The notes under the pieces were generated by a model. It worked only from the letters and a program-made list of their open reading frames with translations. It made no database searches and was not told where the DNA came from. Made by a program: the position numbers and the translations under genes. From Chiloscyllium plagiosum (Eukaryota): a stretch of DNA of 20,000 bases. Positions within the stretch are counted from its first letter, which is position 1. Each line of letters begins with the position of its first letter. Below, piece after piece: positions 17,886 through 20,000 of the stretch. The stretch is taken from the NCBI RefSeq assembly GCF_004010195.1, contig NC_057749.1:5979998-5999997 (forward strand). Reading direction: 5' to 3'.

Positions 17886-18035
17886 ACCCCATAAATTCTG
17901 ATGTTAATTGTTAAAAAGAGTGACCTTTTAATGAAATGCAATTAGATGCCAGGTGTATGGCATTGATGCATGGTTAATGCAATTTCTCCTGGCAAAGCCT
18001 CACATCTAAAGAATTGTACTCTACCCCACCCCACG

Positions 18036-18053
18036 CACACACACACACACACA
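18036..18053. repeat. (CA)n microsatellite
   Basis: CACACACACACACACACA. Confidence 0.9.
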
Positions 18054-18444
18054 CTCACTCTGCATGAAAGGCAGCCATTTTGGAACGGAGATGGTGTGGT
18101 TTCAGCTTCACATCCTCAAAAATGACTTACAGGCTTATGAACACCGACTCACCTTTTAAAATAGTCCTTCAATAGTCACCCCTTTGAATTAATGTTTGGT
18201 CAGCTGTTATCTCTTTCTGTGATACAGTATCAATTTTATTTGCTAACATTCCATTGAAGCATGTGGGAATGCTTGAAGTGCAAGTCATTTTTGAAATTTT
18301 TTATTTTCACTCACTTGACTAAACCATGCATCCAGGATTTATTAGAGAGACACAGTCCTCTGGTGTGTGGGAAGTTCGAAAGCTTTCCTGCACAGGATGG
18401 AGAATCTGAATAGTCCATCATTAAATCAACAAGTGTGCAACTTA

Positions 18445-18499
18445 CCTCTCTCTCTCTTTCTCTCTCTCTCTCGCTCGCTCGCACAATACACACACACAC
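18445..18499. repeat. (CT)n/(CGCT)n/(CA)n compound microsatellite
   Basis: CTCTCTCTCTCTTTCTCTCTCTCTCTCGCTCGCTCGCACAATACACACACACAC. Confidence 0.9.
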
Positions 18500-18959
18500 C
18501 AATGCCCTCATCCAATGAATTAAGTTTTAAAAATTGAATCAGATTCCACAATCCTTTCAGTCAGTGTATTCCAGATTGAAACGATGTGCTGTGGACCCCT
18601 CATGCTTTGACTTGTCAGTTTTTATCTGATTACCCTCAGGATAAATGCCTTTGAATGTTTTAATGTGTTAAAGATGCTATGTAAATGCTAGTCATTGTTG
18701 TTTCATTACCCTATTACTCCTAGTGTCCGGTTTTCTTTGGAGTAAACAGCACATGCAGTAGTTAATTTGAATGTTTGTTGGATTTCATGCTTGTATAGCA
18801 CATTAATTTATTTTATATAAGACTACTTGGATCAATTAACCTTCCATCAATTAATCAAGTGCCTGTTGCTTGCTTTGTTCCCCTACATTGTCTTTTTTAA
18901 ATTCTCCTATCCTTTCTGCAAATAGCTTATGAATATATTAATTTGCAAACATCCAAACT

Positions 18960-19110
18960 GGGGGCAGTAGCAGGCCATTCAGCTCATCAAGTCTGCTCTG
19001 CTATTCAGTTCGATCATGACTGAGTTGATTGTAATCTCAATTCCACATTTCCACCGAAGCTCCTACCTCCCGCCAGGGTTATCATTGCCTCCACTGCTGG
19101 TCAAGATCTA
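18960..19110 (-). mobile_element. Old CR1 3' tail fragment
   Basis: GCAGTAGCAGGCCATTCAGCTCATCAAGTCTGCTCTGCTATTCAGTTCGATCATG is the reverse complement of the tail type seen at 5990-6046. Confidence 0.65.
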
Positions 19111-19174
19111 TCCACAAGTTTACTTATCTTTTAGTTTTCAGATCTAAGGAAGGGTCTGTCCACCTGAATAACGG

Positions 19175-19440
19175 AATCACTCGATTGTCATGGATATGTG
19201 GAGGCCATTCAGCCCACAGTGCCTGCATTGGTTCTAACACCCATTGCCAATCTCCTGCCTTTTCCCCTTATCCCTGCACACCATCACTATCTAAATGATC
19301 ATGCAGTTCCCTCTCAAATGCCTCATTTGAACCGGTCTCCACCACATTTCCAGATACTCTAATATTTGCTTAGTGAAGAACGTTTTTTCTCATGTCGTCC
19401 TTACTTTGTTTTACCACCAGTTTAAATCTATGACCTCTTG
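19175..19440 (-). mobile_element. Old CR1 3' fragment
   Basis: GGAGGCCATTCAGCCC...CTCCACCACATTTCC...TTTAAATCTATGACCTCTTGT parallels the minus-strand CR1 3' ends in this window. Confidence 0.65.
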
Positions 19441-20000
19441 TTGGATGTACCCACTAGAGAAGGTGCAAAACTTGACCTACTCTTGGGAAATAAGGCAGGG
19501 CAGGTGACTGAGGTGTCAGTGGGGGAGCACTTTGGAGCCAGCGACCATAATACTATTTGTTTTAAAATCGTGATGGAAAAGGATAGACTGGATCAAAAAG
19601 TTGAAGTTCTAAATTGGAGAAAGGCCAATTTTGACGGTATTAGGCAAGAACTTTCGAAAGCTGATTGGAGGCAGATGTTCGCAGGTAAAGGGATGGCTGG
19701 AAAATGGGAAGCCTTCAGAAATGAGATAACAAGAATCCAGAGAAAGTATATTCCTGTCAGGGTGAAAAGGAAGGCTGGTAGGTATAGGGAATGCTGGATG
19801 ACTAAAGAAATTGAGGGTCTTGTTAAGAAAAAGAAGGAAGCATATGCCAGGTACAGACAGGATAGATCGAGTGAATCCTTAGAAGAGTATAAAGAAAGTA
19901 AGAGTATACTTAAGAGGGAAATCAGGAAGGCAAAACGGGGACATGAGATAGCTTTGGCAAATAGGGTTAAAGAGAATCCAAAGGGTTTTTACAAATATAT
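19441..20000 (+). mobile_element. Young CR1 LINE, 5'-truncated; ORF2 open to the window edge
   Basis: The frame from 19441 has no stop for 186 codons: LDVPTREGAKLDLLLGNK...EHFGASDHNTI (APE endonuclease PTR/LDL/SDH motifs)...NWRKANFDGIRQELSKADW...WMTKEIEGLVKKKKEAY...KENPKGFYKY. It is absent from the ORF track because it has no stop in the window. Confidence 0.93.

Noticed and set aside
18640..18700. L2/Deu-SINE 3' tail (AAAGATGCTATGTAAATGCTAGT)
   Set aside because: The match is too short and degenerate to annotate with confidence.
19141..19173. Further hammerhead remnant (CTAAGGAAGGGTCTGTCCACCTGAATAACG)
   Set aside because: Both catalytic boxes and stem II are too degenerate to support a call.

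Overview
This is repeat-dense, non-genic vertebrate DNA, most likely intronic or intergenic sequence from a shark. The species call is an inference from HE1/V-SINE-type SINEs, Deu-domain SINEs and elasmobranch-type CR1 LINEs, all recognised from memory rather than by search. I find no supportable host protein-coding exon, and almost all listed ORFs are chance frames across repeats. The window holds two large CR1 copies (one decayed on minus, one young with an open ORF2 running off the right edge), several CR1 3' fragments, tRNA-derived SINEs, a probable solo LTR and two decayed Harbinger Myb/SANT-like remnants. Three things stand out. (1) At least eight Penelope-type fragments from about three families carry minimal hammerhead ribozyme cores; several have target-site duplications (TSDs) or fold-back structure, and their breakpoints cluster at the ribozyme core. 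(2) An L1/Tx1-type insertion shows a complete twin-priming 5'-inversion signature. (3) A MITE has sub-repeated TIRs and an 8-9 bp TSD. These are unusual instances of known element classes; I cannot claim a wholly new system from sequence alone.
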